This document shows positions 48,556 to 57,758 of a stretch of DNA of 64,000 nt, piece by piece. The translations under genes and the position numbers were made by a program. The notes beneath the pieces are model-generated. The model saw only the letters and a list, made by a program, of their open reading frames with translations, did no database searches and was not told the DNA's origin. Source of the stretch: a virus (lineage: Duplodnaviria > Caudoviricetes); IMG/VR virus record IMGVR_UViG_3300042483_000388. The stretch is one strand, 5' to 3'. The stretch's first letter is position 1; every line of letters starts with the position of its first letter.

Positions 48556-49275
48556 ATGAAAGAAACTAAATTGTGGTCAAAGGGAACATTCAAAAATGGT
48601 GACGGAGTTAAAACTCCTAAGATTACGGTAAACAAATCAAATGATTTTATTGAGGTTATTTATCAAGGTCCTGAAACAGGATTTAGTGTTGAAAGTGCAG
48701 TTTATAACCCTGGTGATTCTATCCACCAAATGTCAAATGTATTCACCTATGAGTCCAATAAACATCTGTTGGAATTATATAATCAAGGAATATATTTAAA
48801 ACCCAATATGGATAAAATTGAGTTTGAAAAAAAATCAAAATACTTTAGAATCAAAATTAATTTTTCAATAACAGATGAACCAAATGCGATATTAAGAATA
48901 AATCGTAGAGGTGGAATGGGACATCCGGCAACAAGTGGAAAAAAAGAAATGAATACTAAATGTAAAGAATATTTTGGCTGTGACAATATTCATACCTATA
49001 AGTCAGGTAGTATAACGGAACATTTTATTTGTTACAGAAATTCTGAGGTTAAAAAAGTTATTAATGAGATTACTACCCAACAAATTTATAAAGTTGGATC
49101 AGAAGGTGAAATGGTAAAAAAAATACAACAAAAACTTGGATTCACAGATAAAGAGTGTGATGGTAAGTTCGGAAATAAAACCAAAGATATGGTTATCAAC
49201 TTTCAAAAAAACAATGGGTTAAATAGTGACGGAGTTGTTGGAAAAGTTACTTTACAAAAATTGGGGATCATATAA
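48556..49275 (+). CDS. Protein with C-terminal peptidoglycan-binding domain
   Basis: INE then YKVGSEGEMVKKIQ...DGKFG...FQ...DGVVG; TATTTAT at 48511. Confidence 0.7.
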   Translation: MKETKLWSKGTFKNGDGVKTPKITVNKSNDFIEVIYQGPETGFSVESAVYNPGDSIHQMSNVFTYESNKHLLELYNQGIYLKPNMDKIEFEKKSKYFRIKINFSITDEPNAILRINRRGGMGHPATSGKKEMNTKCKEYFGCDNIHTYKSGSITEHFICYRNSEVKKVINEITTQQIYKVGSEGEMVKKIQQKLGFTDKECDGKFGNKTKDMVINFQKNNGLNSDGVVGKVTLQKLGII

Positions 49276-49348
49276 CTAAAAACTATTCAGTTGATTATTA
49301 AATTGTTAATTACTATTGTTGGTATGATGATAACTATATTTAATATAT

Positions 49349-50071
49349 ATGGATTTAAGTAAATTAGTGACGATTGTAATACCTTGTAAGAACGAGAAGG
49401 ATATTATATTAAAAACATTGGATCTGTTAAACTATCAGGTTGATATACACAACGTGAAAGTTGTTGTATGTGACGCATCAAATGATGGTATAACAAACCC
49501 CAACCTATTAGGTAGATTAGAATATGAACATAATTCAGATATGTTTGATTTACATTTAATGGAGGGTGGACTACCAGCAATAGCAAGAAACAACGGATTC
49601 AAACTTGTTACAACACCATATGTGTTGTTCATGGATGCTGATGTGTTCCTATTGGATCCAAAGGTATTAAAAAGATCGATAGTAAGAATACATAGATACC
49701 AATTAGATTTGGTAACAACAAAGTTCCGTTCAGACAATGGGAGATATAATTACGTGTATAAGGCGTTTGACTTAATACAGGCACTTTCTAAGTGGTCAAC
49801 ACCATTCTGTCTCGGTGGATATATGTTAGTTCGTTCAGAGACGTTTAAATCAATTGGAGGTTTTGATGAAGAGATTAAAGTTGCGGAAGATTATATGTTC
49901 TCAAAACAAATCAAACCAAAGAAGTTCGGGAGAATAAACAATATAGTATTTACACCACCAAGAAGATTTGAAAACAAAGGGGTAATGTATATGTTAAGAC
50001 TTATGTTGTCATCATTCTTCAATAATAACAATAAAGAATATTTTACAAATGATAAGGATTATTGGGGTTAA
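49349..50071 (+). CDS. Glycosyltransferase family 2
   Basis: IVIPCKNE, ARNNG, FMDADV, GGFDE, AEDY. Confidence 0.88.
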   Translation: MDLSKLVTIVIPCKNEKDIILKTLDLLNYQVDIHNVKVVVCDASNDGITNPNLLGRLEYEHNSDMFDLHLMEGGLPAIARNNGFKLVTTPYVLFMDADVFLLDPKVLKRSIVRIHRYQLDLVTTKFRSDNGRYNYVYKAFDLIQALSKWSTPFCLGGYMLVRSETFKSIGGFDEEIKVAEDYMFSKQIKPKKFGRINNIVFTPPRRFENKGVMYMLRLMLSSFFNNNNKEYFTNDKDYWG

Positions 50072-50080
50072 ACTTAAATT

Positions 50081-50428
50081 ATGAAAATATTATTATTATC
50101 AATTCTAATACCTTTTATTTCGTTATCACAAATAACTAATAAATTTAAAACTTATGATTTAGATTCTATTGTAAGATCTAACTTTTCAAAAATTGTTTAT
50201 GAAACAAAAAAAAATAAAAAATTTAAAATAACAAACAATTTTCGATTAAACCGAGAATTTTTTTCAAATGATTTAAAAAACTTAGATTTTAAAGATTATT
50301 TAAACATTGGAACATACGATTATAGAATACAATATTTTATTACCCCTAATTTTGAATTATCCCAACAAATATTTATATTCAGAGGAAATACAATTTATAC
50401 CTCAGGAATAATATTAAAACTAAATTAA
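50081..50428 (+). CDS. Secreted hypothetical protein
   Basis: MKILLLSILIPFISLSQ signal peptide. Confidence 0.55.
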   Translation: MKILLLSILIPFISLSQITNKFKTYDLDSIVRSNFSKIVYETKKNKKFKITNNFRLNREFFSNDLKNLDFKDYLNIGTYDYRIQYFITPNFELSQQIFIFRGNTIYTSGIILKLN

Positions 50429-50432
50429 AAAT

Positions 50433-51173
50433 ATGAAAAAAAATATTAATTGGTCAGGATATGAGTGGATAACACAGGAAAGATGGGGTAATATTCACCC
50501 AGATAAAACTTATAACTGGTATGATTCAAGCGCTATTGAAATTAGAGAAGGTGATTTAATTTTAAAATCACACTACAATCCTAAGAAATTTACTGTAAAT
50601 AATAAAAAAATCACAAGTAATTATGGGGTTGGATTAGTGTCTAATACAACTGAATTTGGGTATGGTTATTTTGAAATAGAAGCAAAACTACCTACAGGTA
50701 AAAATTTATGGCCAGCTTTTTGGATGTGGTCATTTGATTCATGGCCACCTGAAATAGATATTTTAGAAGGGTATAGTTCTATAAAAAAACCATCATATTT
50801 TAAACTATATTTAAATTCTTTATTAGGATTTTGGAATGTTCAAACTAATTTTCATTATACAGAATCAATAAATTCAAAAGAAAAAGAAAATAAATCAATA
50901 GGAGGAAAAACACATTGGTTTGGATTTAAAAATCCACAAAAACATTTTATCAAATATGGTTGTTTGTGGGAAGAAAATCAAATTGTTTTTTATTACAATG
51001 GTAGAAGAGTTAGAACTATAAAAGATAAAAATATGTTAGATAGTTTAAAGGGTACCAAAATGAATATTATCTTAAACAACCATATTAGAGAGGATATTGG
51101 AGATTTTGGAACATCTGAATTTATTATAAAAAGTTTTAAGTATACAGAATTAAATAAAAAAATTAAATTATGA
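50433..51173 (+). CDS. Glycoside hydrolase family 16
   Basis: YGYFEIEAKLP...WPAFWMW...EIDILEG catalytic motif. Confidence 0.88.
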   Translation: MKKNINWSGYEWITQERWGNIHPDKTYNWYDSSAIEIREGDLILKSHYNPKKFTVNNKKITSNYGVGLVSNTTEFGYGYFEIEAKLPTGKNLWPAFWMWSFDSWPPEIDILEGYSSIKKPSYFKLYLNSLLGFWNVQTNFHYTESINSKEKENKSIGGKTHWFGFKNPQKHFIKYGCLWEENQIVFYYNGRRVRTIKDKNMLDSLKGTKMNIILNNHIREDIGDFGTSEFIIKSFKYTELNKKIKL

Positions 51174-51343
51174 AAAAATAAGATTTACGATGTGAATATA
51201 TTGGGATACCATCCCCTATATCATATATTAAAAAAACAAACTAAAAGTGAAAAGATTAATACAAAAAATACCCCTATTGTGGAGTTACAAAAAACCAAAA
51301 AAAAAATAAATAAGTCTATATGGAATCTTTAAAAAAAAAGGGT

Positions 51344-51649
51344 AAAAACCCAATGAGCAAGCAAATTAATATATTTGGGGCCATTACAACACCATTTGAG
51401 TTAATACGAGAAACCATTATAAATTTTATGTGGGGACTTATCGGTAATTCAATTGTTGTTTTTATGTCAAAGGAACTTGATTTTATGGTATTTATGAATT
51501 TTATATTATATTATTTATTAATATCATACATTGTAAATCGTGATAAGTATAAAACAAAATTAGGTAAATTTATTATCCTTCCTGGATCTGCGGCCATTGG
51601 GGCATTTACAGGTTATAAATTGGCACAATACATATCTTTATTTGTATGA
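51344..51649 (+). CDS. Small membrane protein (start uncertain, 51320 or later ATG)
   Basis: Three hydrophobic segments. Confidence 0.55.
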   Translation, partial: KNPMSKQINIFGAITTPFELIRETIINFMWGLIGNSIVVFMSKELDFMVFMNFILYYLLISYIVNRDKYKTKLGKFIILPGSAAIGAFTGYKLAQYISLFV

Positions 51650-52359
51650 AAAGGTGGAGAACAATTATAATGAGTGATTTACACTTAGGTGCCAGACAAT
51701 CACAAACAGATAAGATAATTAAGTTCTTGGAAGATAACGAATCTGAAACATTAATATTAAATGGTGATATAATTGATGGATGGGCATTAAAGGGTGGAGG
51801 TAAATGGAAAAAAGATTGTTCAAAGATATTCAGACGTTTTATGAAACGATCAGAAGAGGGAACAAAGGTAGTTTATATCAGAGGAAACCACGATGACTTT
51901 TTAAAACCATTTGTTCCGTTCCTATTAAACAACATAGAGATTGTTAGAAAATACACACACATCGGAGCGGACGGAAGAAGTTACTATTGTTTTCATGGTG
52001 ACGTATTAGACTTTGTTATTATGAAAGTAAGATGGTTAGCCGTTCTTGGTGGGTGGTCATATGATTTGGTAATCAGATTAAACACATTTTATAACTATAT
52101 AAGAAGAAAATTTAACTTACCATACCATTCTTTGGCAAATGATATAAAACAATCTGTGAAGGGGGCAATCAACTTTGTATCTGATTTTGAGGAGAACGCA
52201 AAAGGCTTATCAAAACAAAAAGGATGTGATGTTGCGGTATGCGGACATATTCACCAACCTAAGTTAGATGTGGACTATATGAACAGTGGGGACTTCTGTG
52301 AGAACTCCACATGTCTTGTGGAGGATTTTAAAGGTAATTGGAAAATTATTTATCTGTAG
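51646..52359 (+). CDS. UDP-2,3-diacylglucosamine hydrolase (LpxH)-like metallophosphoesterase
   Basis: SDLHLG, NGDIID, GNHD, HGD, GHIH, NSGD. Confidence 0.8.
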   Translation: MKRWRTIIMSDLHLGARQSQTDKIIKFLEDNESETLILNGDIIDGWALKGGGKWKKDCSKIFRRFMKRSEEGTKVVYIRGNHDDFLKPFVPFLLNNIEIVRKYTHIGADGRSYYCFHGDVLDFVIMKVRWLAVLGGWSYDLVIRLNTFYNYIRRKFNLPYHSLANDIKQSVKGAINFVSDFEENAKGLSKQKGCDVAVCGHIHQPKLDVDYMNSGDFCENSTCLVEDFKGNWKIIYL

Positions 52360-52363
52360 TTAG

Positions 52364-52370
52364 TATTTAT
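52364..52370 (+). promoter_or_regulatory. TATTTAT motif
   Basis: 4 nt before ATG52375. Confidence 0.6.
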
Positions 52371-52374
52371 TACT

Positions 52375-52782
52375 ATGAACTTACAAGAACATATAATAAA
52401 GGTTTTAAGGGAAATGGTCATTGAATCCAAAGGTTGGGGAGATTCAAATCAAAAATTAGAAAGAACTTTTAAATTTAAAGATTTTAATGGTGCAATTAAT
52501 TTTGTTAATAAAGTTGCAAAAATTGCTGAAACACAAAATCACCATCCCGATATTGAAATAAAATATAACAAAGTAAAAGTATCGATAACCGATCACGAAA
52601 AGGGTAGGGTATCTGAAAAATGTCATAGATTAGTAAAATCTATTGATAAACTTAAAGAACCACATAAAGAAGAACAAAACGAATCTGAACTAACTGAAAA
52701 ATGTTGGACTGGATATACTCAAAAAGGTATGAAAACTATGTTTGGTAAGAGATACCCTAATTGTGTAAAGAAAACAAAATAA
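52375..52782 (+). CDS. Leader-bearing pterin-4-alpha-carbinolamine dehydratase-like protein with basic C-terminal module
   Basis: LERTFKFKDF...A..FVNKVA..AE..NHHPDI...ITDH; tail LTEKCWTGYTQKGMK. Confidence 0.78.
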   Translation: MNLQEHIIKVLREMVIESKGWGDSNQKLERTFKFKDFNGAINFVNKVAKIAETQNHHPDIEIKYNKVKVSITDHEKGRVSEKCHRLVKSIDKLKEPHKEEQNESELTEKCWTGYTQKGMKTMFGKRYPNCVKKTK

Positions 52783-52783
52783 T

Positions 52784-53560
52784 ATGAACCTACAAGAACA
52801 AATATCAAAAATAAGGTCAATGATGATCTCCGAGGAGATGGTTCAATCAGATGCTTGGAAATCAATTAAACAAACTTTAGATATCCTTAAAGATAAGAAA
52901 AAAGTATTACTATTGAGTTGTTCTAACAGGTATAATTTTGATGAAAAGAATATAGACATACCAAAGTCCAAAATGATTGCAATGTACTTGAACGATGAGT
53001 TGGGGGATAAGTCAGTTTTAATTGATGTTCCTGAACTTAAAATACTTCCTTGCGAGGGTAATGTATCAAGAAAGGATGGTAACTCTTGCGGGTTATTAAA
53101 ATCCGCTCTTAAAGATAAGAAAAAGAACCCATCAGGAGATCACAGATGTTGGGTTAATATTAATGAACCTTCAGATGAATTATGGAAGATATCAAGAGAG
53201 TTATTTGAGTCAGATGCCGTTATATTCTTTAGTTCTGTAAGATGGGGTCAGGCAAATATGTATTACCAAAACTTAATAGAGAGATTAAATTGGTTGGAGA
53301 ATAGACACACAACATTGGGAGAATCTAACATTATCAAAGATATTGAAACAGGATTTATTTGTGTGGGTCAGAATTGGAATGGGGAAGTCGTAACCAAAAC
53401 ACAAAAAGAAGTACATGAATTCTACGGATTCAAACCAAACGATAGTTTATATTGGAATTGGCAATATACAAAAGATGAGAATGATGAGACACAAAAATCA
53501 TATAAAGCGTCACATAATAAATTTATAAAGGATACAAAATTACCTGAACAAAAAAAGTAA
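52784..53560 (+). CDS. Leader-bearing flavodoxin-fold protein (NAD(P)H-dependent FMN reductase-like)
   Basis: LSCSNR, PCEGNVS, SDAVIFFSSVRWG, VGQNW. Confidence 0.7.
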   Translation: MNLQEQISKIRSMMISEEMVQSDAWKSIKQTLDILKDKKKVLLLSCSNRYNFDEKNIDIPKSKMIAMYLNDELGDKSVLIDVPELKILPCEGNVSRKDGNSCGLLKSALKDKKKNPSGDHRCWVNINEPSDELWKISRELFESDAVIFFSSVRWGQANMYYQNLIERLNWLENRHTTLGESNIIKDIETGFICVGQNWNGEVVTKTQKEVHEFYGFKPNDSLYWNWQYTKDENDETQKSYKASHNKFIKDTKLPEQKK

Positions 53561-53561
53561 T

Positions 53562-53897
53562 ATGAATTTACAAGAGAACATACAAAGAATTAGAGAAATG
53601 ATGGGGGTTGACGAATCTTTTTTAGATTGGTTCAAATCACCCAATAGTAATGATGATAGTGATCTTAAAAAATCTGATGAAGAAAGATTTACTTGTACCG
53701 ATTGTGGTGAAAAAGATTACAATATGTATATGGTTAATAATGATATATGGGAAAAACATGGTAATGATAAATTAACTTTATGTAAGAGTTGTTTAGAAAA
53801 AAGAATGGGTAGGAAATTAACCAAAAAAGATATTTCACAACATAAAGATGCGTTAGTTAATATACATAATCCTGAAATGAAAGATTTAGAATATTAA
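53562..53897 (+). CDS. Leader-bearing Cys-motif protein
   Basis: MNLQENIQRIREMMGVDE; CTDC...LCKSCLEKRMGRKL. Confidence 0.7.
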   Translation: MNLQENIQRIREMMGVDESFLDWFKSPNSNDDSDLKKSDEERFTCTDCGEKDYNMYMVNNDIWEKHGNDKLTLCKSCLEKRMGRKLTKKDISQHKDALVNIHNPEMKDLEY

Positions 53898-53898
53898 T

Positions 53899-54468
53899 AT
53901 GAACCTACAAGAAAACATATCAAGAATTAAATCAATGATGGGAGTTATAAATGAAAACATAAATTTAGACGACATAACTTTTTTTAAAACATCACAGGGC
54001 AGCAAATATATAAGAATGTCAGATGGTAGATTAAGACGATGGAAATCCCACCATTCAAACACAGGAGGTGAAGATAAAGGACTACATGGGTGGAGTGATA
54101 TGTCAATATTTGTAGATCCAATATACGATAAAGAAGCCAATTCACCACAATTTTTAATAGGTAAAGGTTTTAAAATTGGGTTATCAAAAACACAAAATGG
54201 TAAAATGGTTGTTGTTGTTTTTGATAATGGTAATTGGAGACCAGCAACTTGGAAAGATGCATATCCGGGATTTATTAAAATAAACCCTGAGAATGAAAAT
54301 AAACCATTGGCTTGGGAATATATTAAAGAACCTAAAGTGGGTTATAATGTTGTTGATTTTAATGTTAAAAATAATCAATTAAAAAGTTATCATTTTGGTA
54401 GTGAAGTTTCAGAAGTAAGTGAATTTACTGATGAAGATAAAAAATTATTCTTTCCTTCTTTTTTTTAA
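53899..54468 (+). CDS. Leader-bearing hypothetical protein
   Basis: MNLQENISRIKSMMGVINE. Confidence 0.7.
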   Translation: MNLQENISRIKSMMGVINENINLDDITFFKTSQGSKYIRMSDGRLRRWKSHHSNTGGEDKGLHGWSDMSIFVDPIYDKEANSPQFLIGKGFKIGLSKTQNGKMVVVVFDNGNWRPATWKDAYPGFIKINPENENKPLAWEYIKEPKVGYNVVDFNVKNNQLKSYHFGSEVSEVSEFTDEDKKLFFPSFF

Positions 54469-54469
54469 T

Positions 54470-55804
54470 ATGGAAATCAAATCAATCAATGTTATCGATG
54501 GAAAAAACAAATGGAGTGAGTCCAAAGATAAGCTTATTCATATGGTTTTAGATTTGGGTGAATTTGAAGAAAAACCATCAGATAAAATAGAAGGATTTTA
54601 TGAAAGAATAAAAGAATATTTACCATCATTAAAAAGTCACAGATGTTCCGAAGGAAAACCAGGAGGGTTTTTTAAAAGAATTAAAGATGGAACATGGATG
54701 GGACACATTATAGAACATGTGGCATTAGAATTACAAACACTTGCCGGCATGAATACAGGATGGGGAAGAACAAGAGGAGTTAAAGGACAAAAAGGTGTGT
54801 ATAATGTTGTGTTTAATTATGAAAACAAAGACAGTGGAAAATTGGCGGCAAGAGAGGCTTTTAATGTTGTAAATGATATTATAAATGATATAGATCCAAA
54901 AATAGATAGAATAGTTAAAAAACTAAAACCAAAAAACTTAAAAGAATCCATAAGAAGAATATTAAGGGAAGAAACAAATCCATTTAAAGTTTCTGATCCA
55001 TCAACAAGAATTGAAGAAGATAGAGTTCAAATTCGTTTAGGTAGAAATATGTATAATCATTTTGGTAAAATTCAAAATATTATTATTATGGTTGATGACC
55101 AAGATATTACCAGTGAAAACAATGTTCCTGATCTTGGACAAATGAATATTGTAATAAATGATGGTGAAATATATGTGGGAGATATTGTTATTCCTGAAAA
55201 ATATAGAGGACAAGGAATTGCAACAATAGTATATCAAAAAATATCAGACTACTTTGGTCTTCCAATTGTTAATTCAAAAACAAAAGGACGAAACCAATTA
55301 GATCAAGGTGGACAGATTTGGAAAAATAGAGAAAAATTTGAACCAAAAAGAAACCTACAAGAATCCATAAAAAGAATATTAAGGGAAGAAACCAATATGA
55401 AACCCGTTCTAAACAATCTACTTAATATTTTGTTTGATGGTTTTGATGATATCTATTATAATTGGGCTCATTATAATTGTGGAATGGGTATTTGTTGTGA
55501 CCCTTATGCTGTTGGTTTTGTTCTTCCAACAAATAATCACGATGATTATTTATTTAAATTGGTCGATGGTAATAAATATGATGATGATGGTGATTACCCT
55601 AAAGACCTTAGTGGTGATTTACCTGAAGTATGTTATGAAATGCCTGATATTAAAAACCCAAACTTTAATTTCATAATATTTTATGAAGTCTTTGCTGAAG
55701 AAATTGGTAACTACTTGGGGCGCAAAGGTAATTGGAAAATTGAGTTATTAGAGTTAATAAATGAAAAGTTTGGTTGTAAAGCCACTAATATAATTTTTAT
55801 ATGA
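54470..55804 (+). CDS. Polyprotein-like ORF: cyanophycin synthetase N-domain, GNAT-like module, Cys-containing module
   Basis: HRCSEGKPGGFFKRIKDGTWMGHIIEHVALELQ; IPEKYRGQGIA; internal leaders NLKESIRRILREE and NLQESIKRILREE. Confidence 0.75.
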   Translation: MEIKSINVIDGKNKWSESKDKLIHMVLDLGEFEEKPSDKIEGFYERIKEYLPSLKSHRCSEGKPGGFFKRIKDGTWMGHIIEHVALELQTLAGMNTGWGRTRGVKGQKGVYNVVFNYENKDSGKLAAREAFNVVNDIINDIDPKIDRIVKKLKPKNLKESIRRILREETNPFKVSDPSTRIEEDRVQIRLGRNMYNHFGKIQNIIIMVDDQDITSENNVPDLGQMNIVINDGEIYVGDIVIPEKYRGQGIATIVYQKISDYFGLPIVNSKTKGRNQLDQGGQIWKNREKFEPKRNLQESIKRILREETNMKPVLNNLLNILFDGFDDIYYNWAHYNCGMGICCDPYAVGFVLPTNNHDDYLFKLVDGNKYDDDGDYPKDLSGDLPEVCYEMPDIKNPNFNFIIFYEVFAEEIGNYLGRKGNWKIELLELINEKFGCKATNIIFI

Positions 55805-57147
55805 AAGAACACATAAGAAAAATATTAAGGGAATCAATTGACAAATCAGAAAACAAAAAACTTGAGTTGGTAACAAAAATGATTCATCAATTTTTTGATG
55901 GGGTTAGTTTTATTGAAATTAAAAAATATGAAAATAAACCATTGATAAGAGTTTATTTTGATAACGATGAAAAAGCGGCTAATGAAGAGATTTATTTCGC
56001 GGAACAAATACAAGATAAAATCTATGAATATACGGGTATTAAACTTATTCCGTATTGGCACAATGTTCAGTATAACACTGATGTAGATTTTCGTTTGGAC
56101 GCCATCAAACTAAAATACGATAATGAAGGAAATGTTATAAATGAATCTGAAGAAAAACAACCAAAGTATCTTAATATAATTAAAAATCTTATAGAACCAT
56201 TCAAAGAAGAAGAAGATTGTGTTTGCGAAATTAGAGTAACATCCGAAGACGATTTTTATGCTATTTATTTGGTATTTGGAACGGAAGAACTAAATGATAA
56301 ATTTTCTAGTTTTCTTCAAAGAGCTGAATATACAAGAAATTTAAGAAATAATGTTAAAAACACAATTAAAGATTATTTGCCAATAGATAATTTATATGTT
56401 GGATCCATATCAAAACCAAATTGCGAATGGAAACCCATGAATGAATCTACATTCTTTATTAGAAGGGTTGATACGAGTTTAATGGATAAAAAATTCTTTG
56501 AAAATTTAAATTATATTACCAGTATATTTTTAAAAAGATATAATGAGGGAAAAAGATTTGATATGTTTCAATTTGAAACTAAGATGCTAAATTATCTTAT
56601 TGATGGTTATCGTAATGAGTTAACTGATGGTGGGTTAAATGATTTTCCATATGATGAGGTTTATGAATTCCTTTCAAACCATTTTCACAATAAGATTAAA
56701 GATAGATATGACACTTTTTTTGGTCGTAATATAAATGAATCAGAAAATAAAAAACAATCCTTATTAAAGACCATAGAAAAGGAAGGGTTATATAATTTTA
56801 TCGAAATGTCTGGATTATCACCTGAAGACATTAAACCAATTTTAGTTAAATCACCAATTATTAGAGAAATATTAAAACAATATATTAGAGATTTTGTTTT
56901 AAATCGTGGTAATAAATGGGGTGATAATAGTGGAATACTTAGTGGATATGAAATCCAATTAAGTAAAAACAAATATGTTGATAATATAGAAATTATTGAT
57001 GTTGATAGTATAGCGGTTACAATATGGGTGTATGATGCATATGGACATAAAGAAAAAAAAACATCAATTAACGCCCTTACTAATGATGAGTTATTAACAA
57101 TTATAGATTGGATGACGGAAACAATTGAAAATGGTGATTGGGATTGA
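55801..57147 (+). CDS. Leader-bearing polyprotein-like ORF of four modules
   Basis: MKEHIRKILRES; internal INES, MNES, INES boundaries. Confidence 0.7.
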   Translation: MKEHIRKILRESIDKSENKKLELVTKMIHQFFDGVSFIEIKKYENKPLIRVYFDNDEKAANEEIYFAEQIQDKIYEYTGIKLIPYWHNVQYNTDVDFRLDAIKLKYDNEGNVINESEEKQPKYLNIIKNLIEPFKEEEDCVCEIRVTSEDDFYAIYLVFGTEELNDKFSSFLQRAEYTRNLRNNVKNTIKDYLPIDNLYVGSISKPNCEWKPMNESTFFIRRVDTSLMDKKFFENLNYITSIFLKRYNEGKRFDMFQFETKMLNYLIDGYRNELTDGGLNDFPYDEVYEFLSNHFHNKIKDRYDTFFGRNINESENKKQSLLKTIEKEGLYNFIEMSGLSPEDIKPILVKSPIIREILKQYIRDFVLNRGNKWGDNSGILSGYEIQLSKNKYVDNIEIIDVDSIAVTIWVYDAYGHKEKKTSINALTNDELLTIIDWMTETIENGDWD

Positions 57148-57160
57148 TAATATAATTCCT

Positions 57161-57168
57161 TATATTTG
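57161..57168 (+). promoter_or_regulatory. TAnnTTTG element
   Basis: TATATTTG, 6 nt before ATG57175. Confidence 0.6.
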
Positions 57169-57174
57169 CCATTA

Positions 57175-57432
57175 ATGGTAAAAGACATTTCAAAAGTAAT
57201 AGAACAATATGTATATAATCATCTACAACATAGAGATGATATAGAAGTCCAAGTTACAAACACTCCAAAAAGATATAATGTTCATATAATAGTTAAATTA
57301 AAACCTGAAGATGGTATAAATGATACGATCAGAAAAGGTATTGATAGACAGGATATGATGTGTGGGTTAAGAAACTACCTGAACTTAGATTGGTACAATT
57401 GTATGATTAGTTATGAGTGTAAACAATATTAG
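57175..57432 (+). CDS. Hypothetical protein
   Basis: Start moved to ATG57175. Confidence 0.6.
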   Translation: MVKDISKVIEQYVYNHLQHRDDIEVQVTNTPKRYNVHIIVKLKPEDGINDTIRKGIDRQDMMCGLRNYLNLDWYNCMISYECKQY

Positions 57433-57532
57433 GTAACTTTATAAGTCTATAAGAAAACGTGCGGAGAATACTAAAGTTTGTCAATTTTATTTGACATATA
57501 TTTTAATTTCATTTATTATTAAAATAAAAAAT

Positions 57533-57757
57533 ATGAAAAAATTAATTTTATTGGGTGTTATGGTAATATTGTCATCCTGCACTTCAAAATACAAATACTT
57601 AATTAAAGATCGTAGGGGCCAATATTACTTGTGCGATTTTTATAATAAAACAGATGATGGTTGTATCTTATTTAACGATAAACCAGGTTATAATAATAAA
57701 CCAATGGGGTTTCCAACAAGACTTTGTAGTCCATACAGTATAAAAAAACTTAAGTGA
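57533..57757 (+). CDS. Putative lipoprotein
   Basis: MKKLILLGVMVILSSC lipobox. Confidence 0.7.
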   Translation: MKKLILLGVMVILSSCTSKYKYLIKDRRGQYYLCDFYNKTDDGCILFNDKPGYNNKPMGFPTRLCSPYSIKKLK

Positions 57758-57758
57758 T

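Noticed and set aside
4437-56061. Many short minus-strand and alternate-frame ORFs in the track (for example 4437, 8699, 11360, 22326, 27927, 42260, 47638, 55846)
   Set aside because: They are shadows of longer + strand genes with coherent motifs, lack either promoter motif and have atypical composition.
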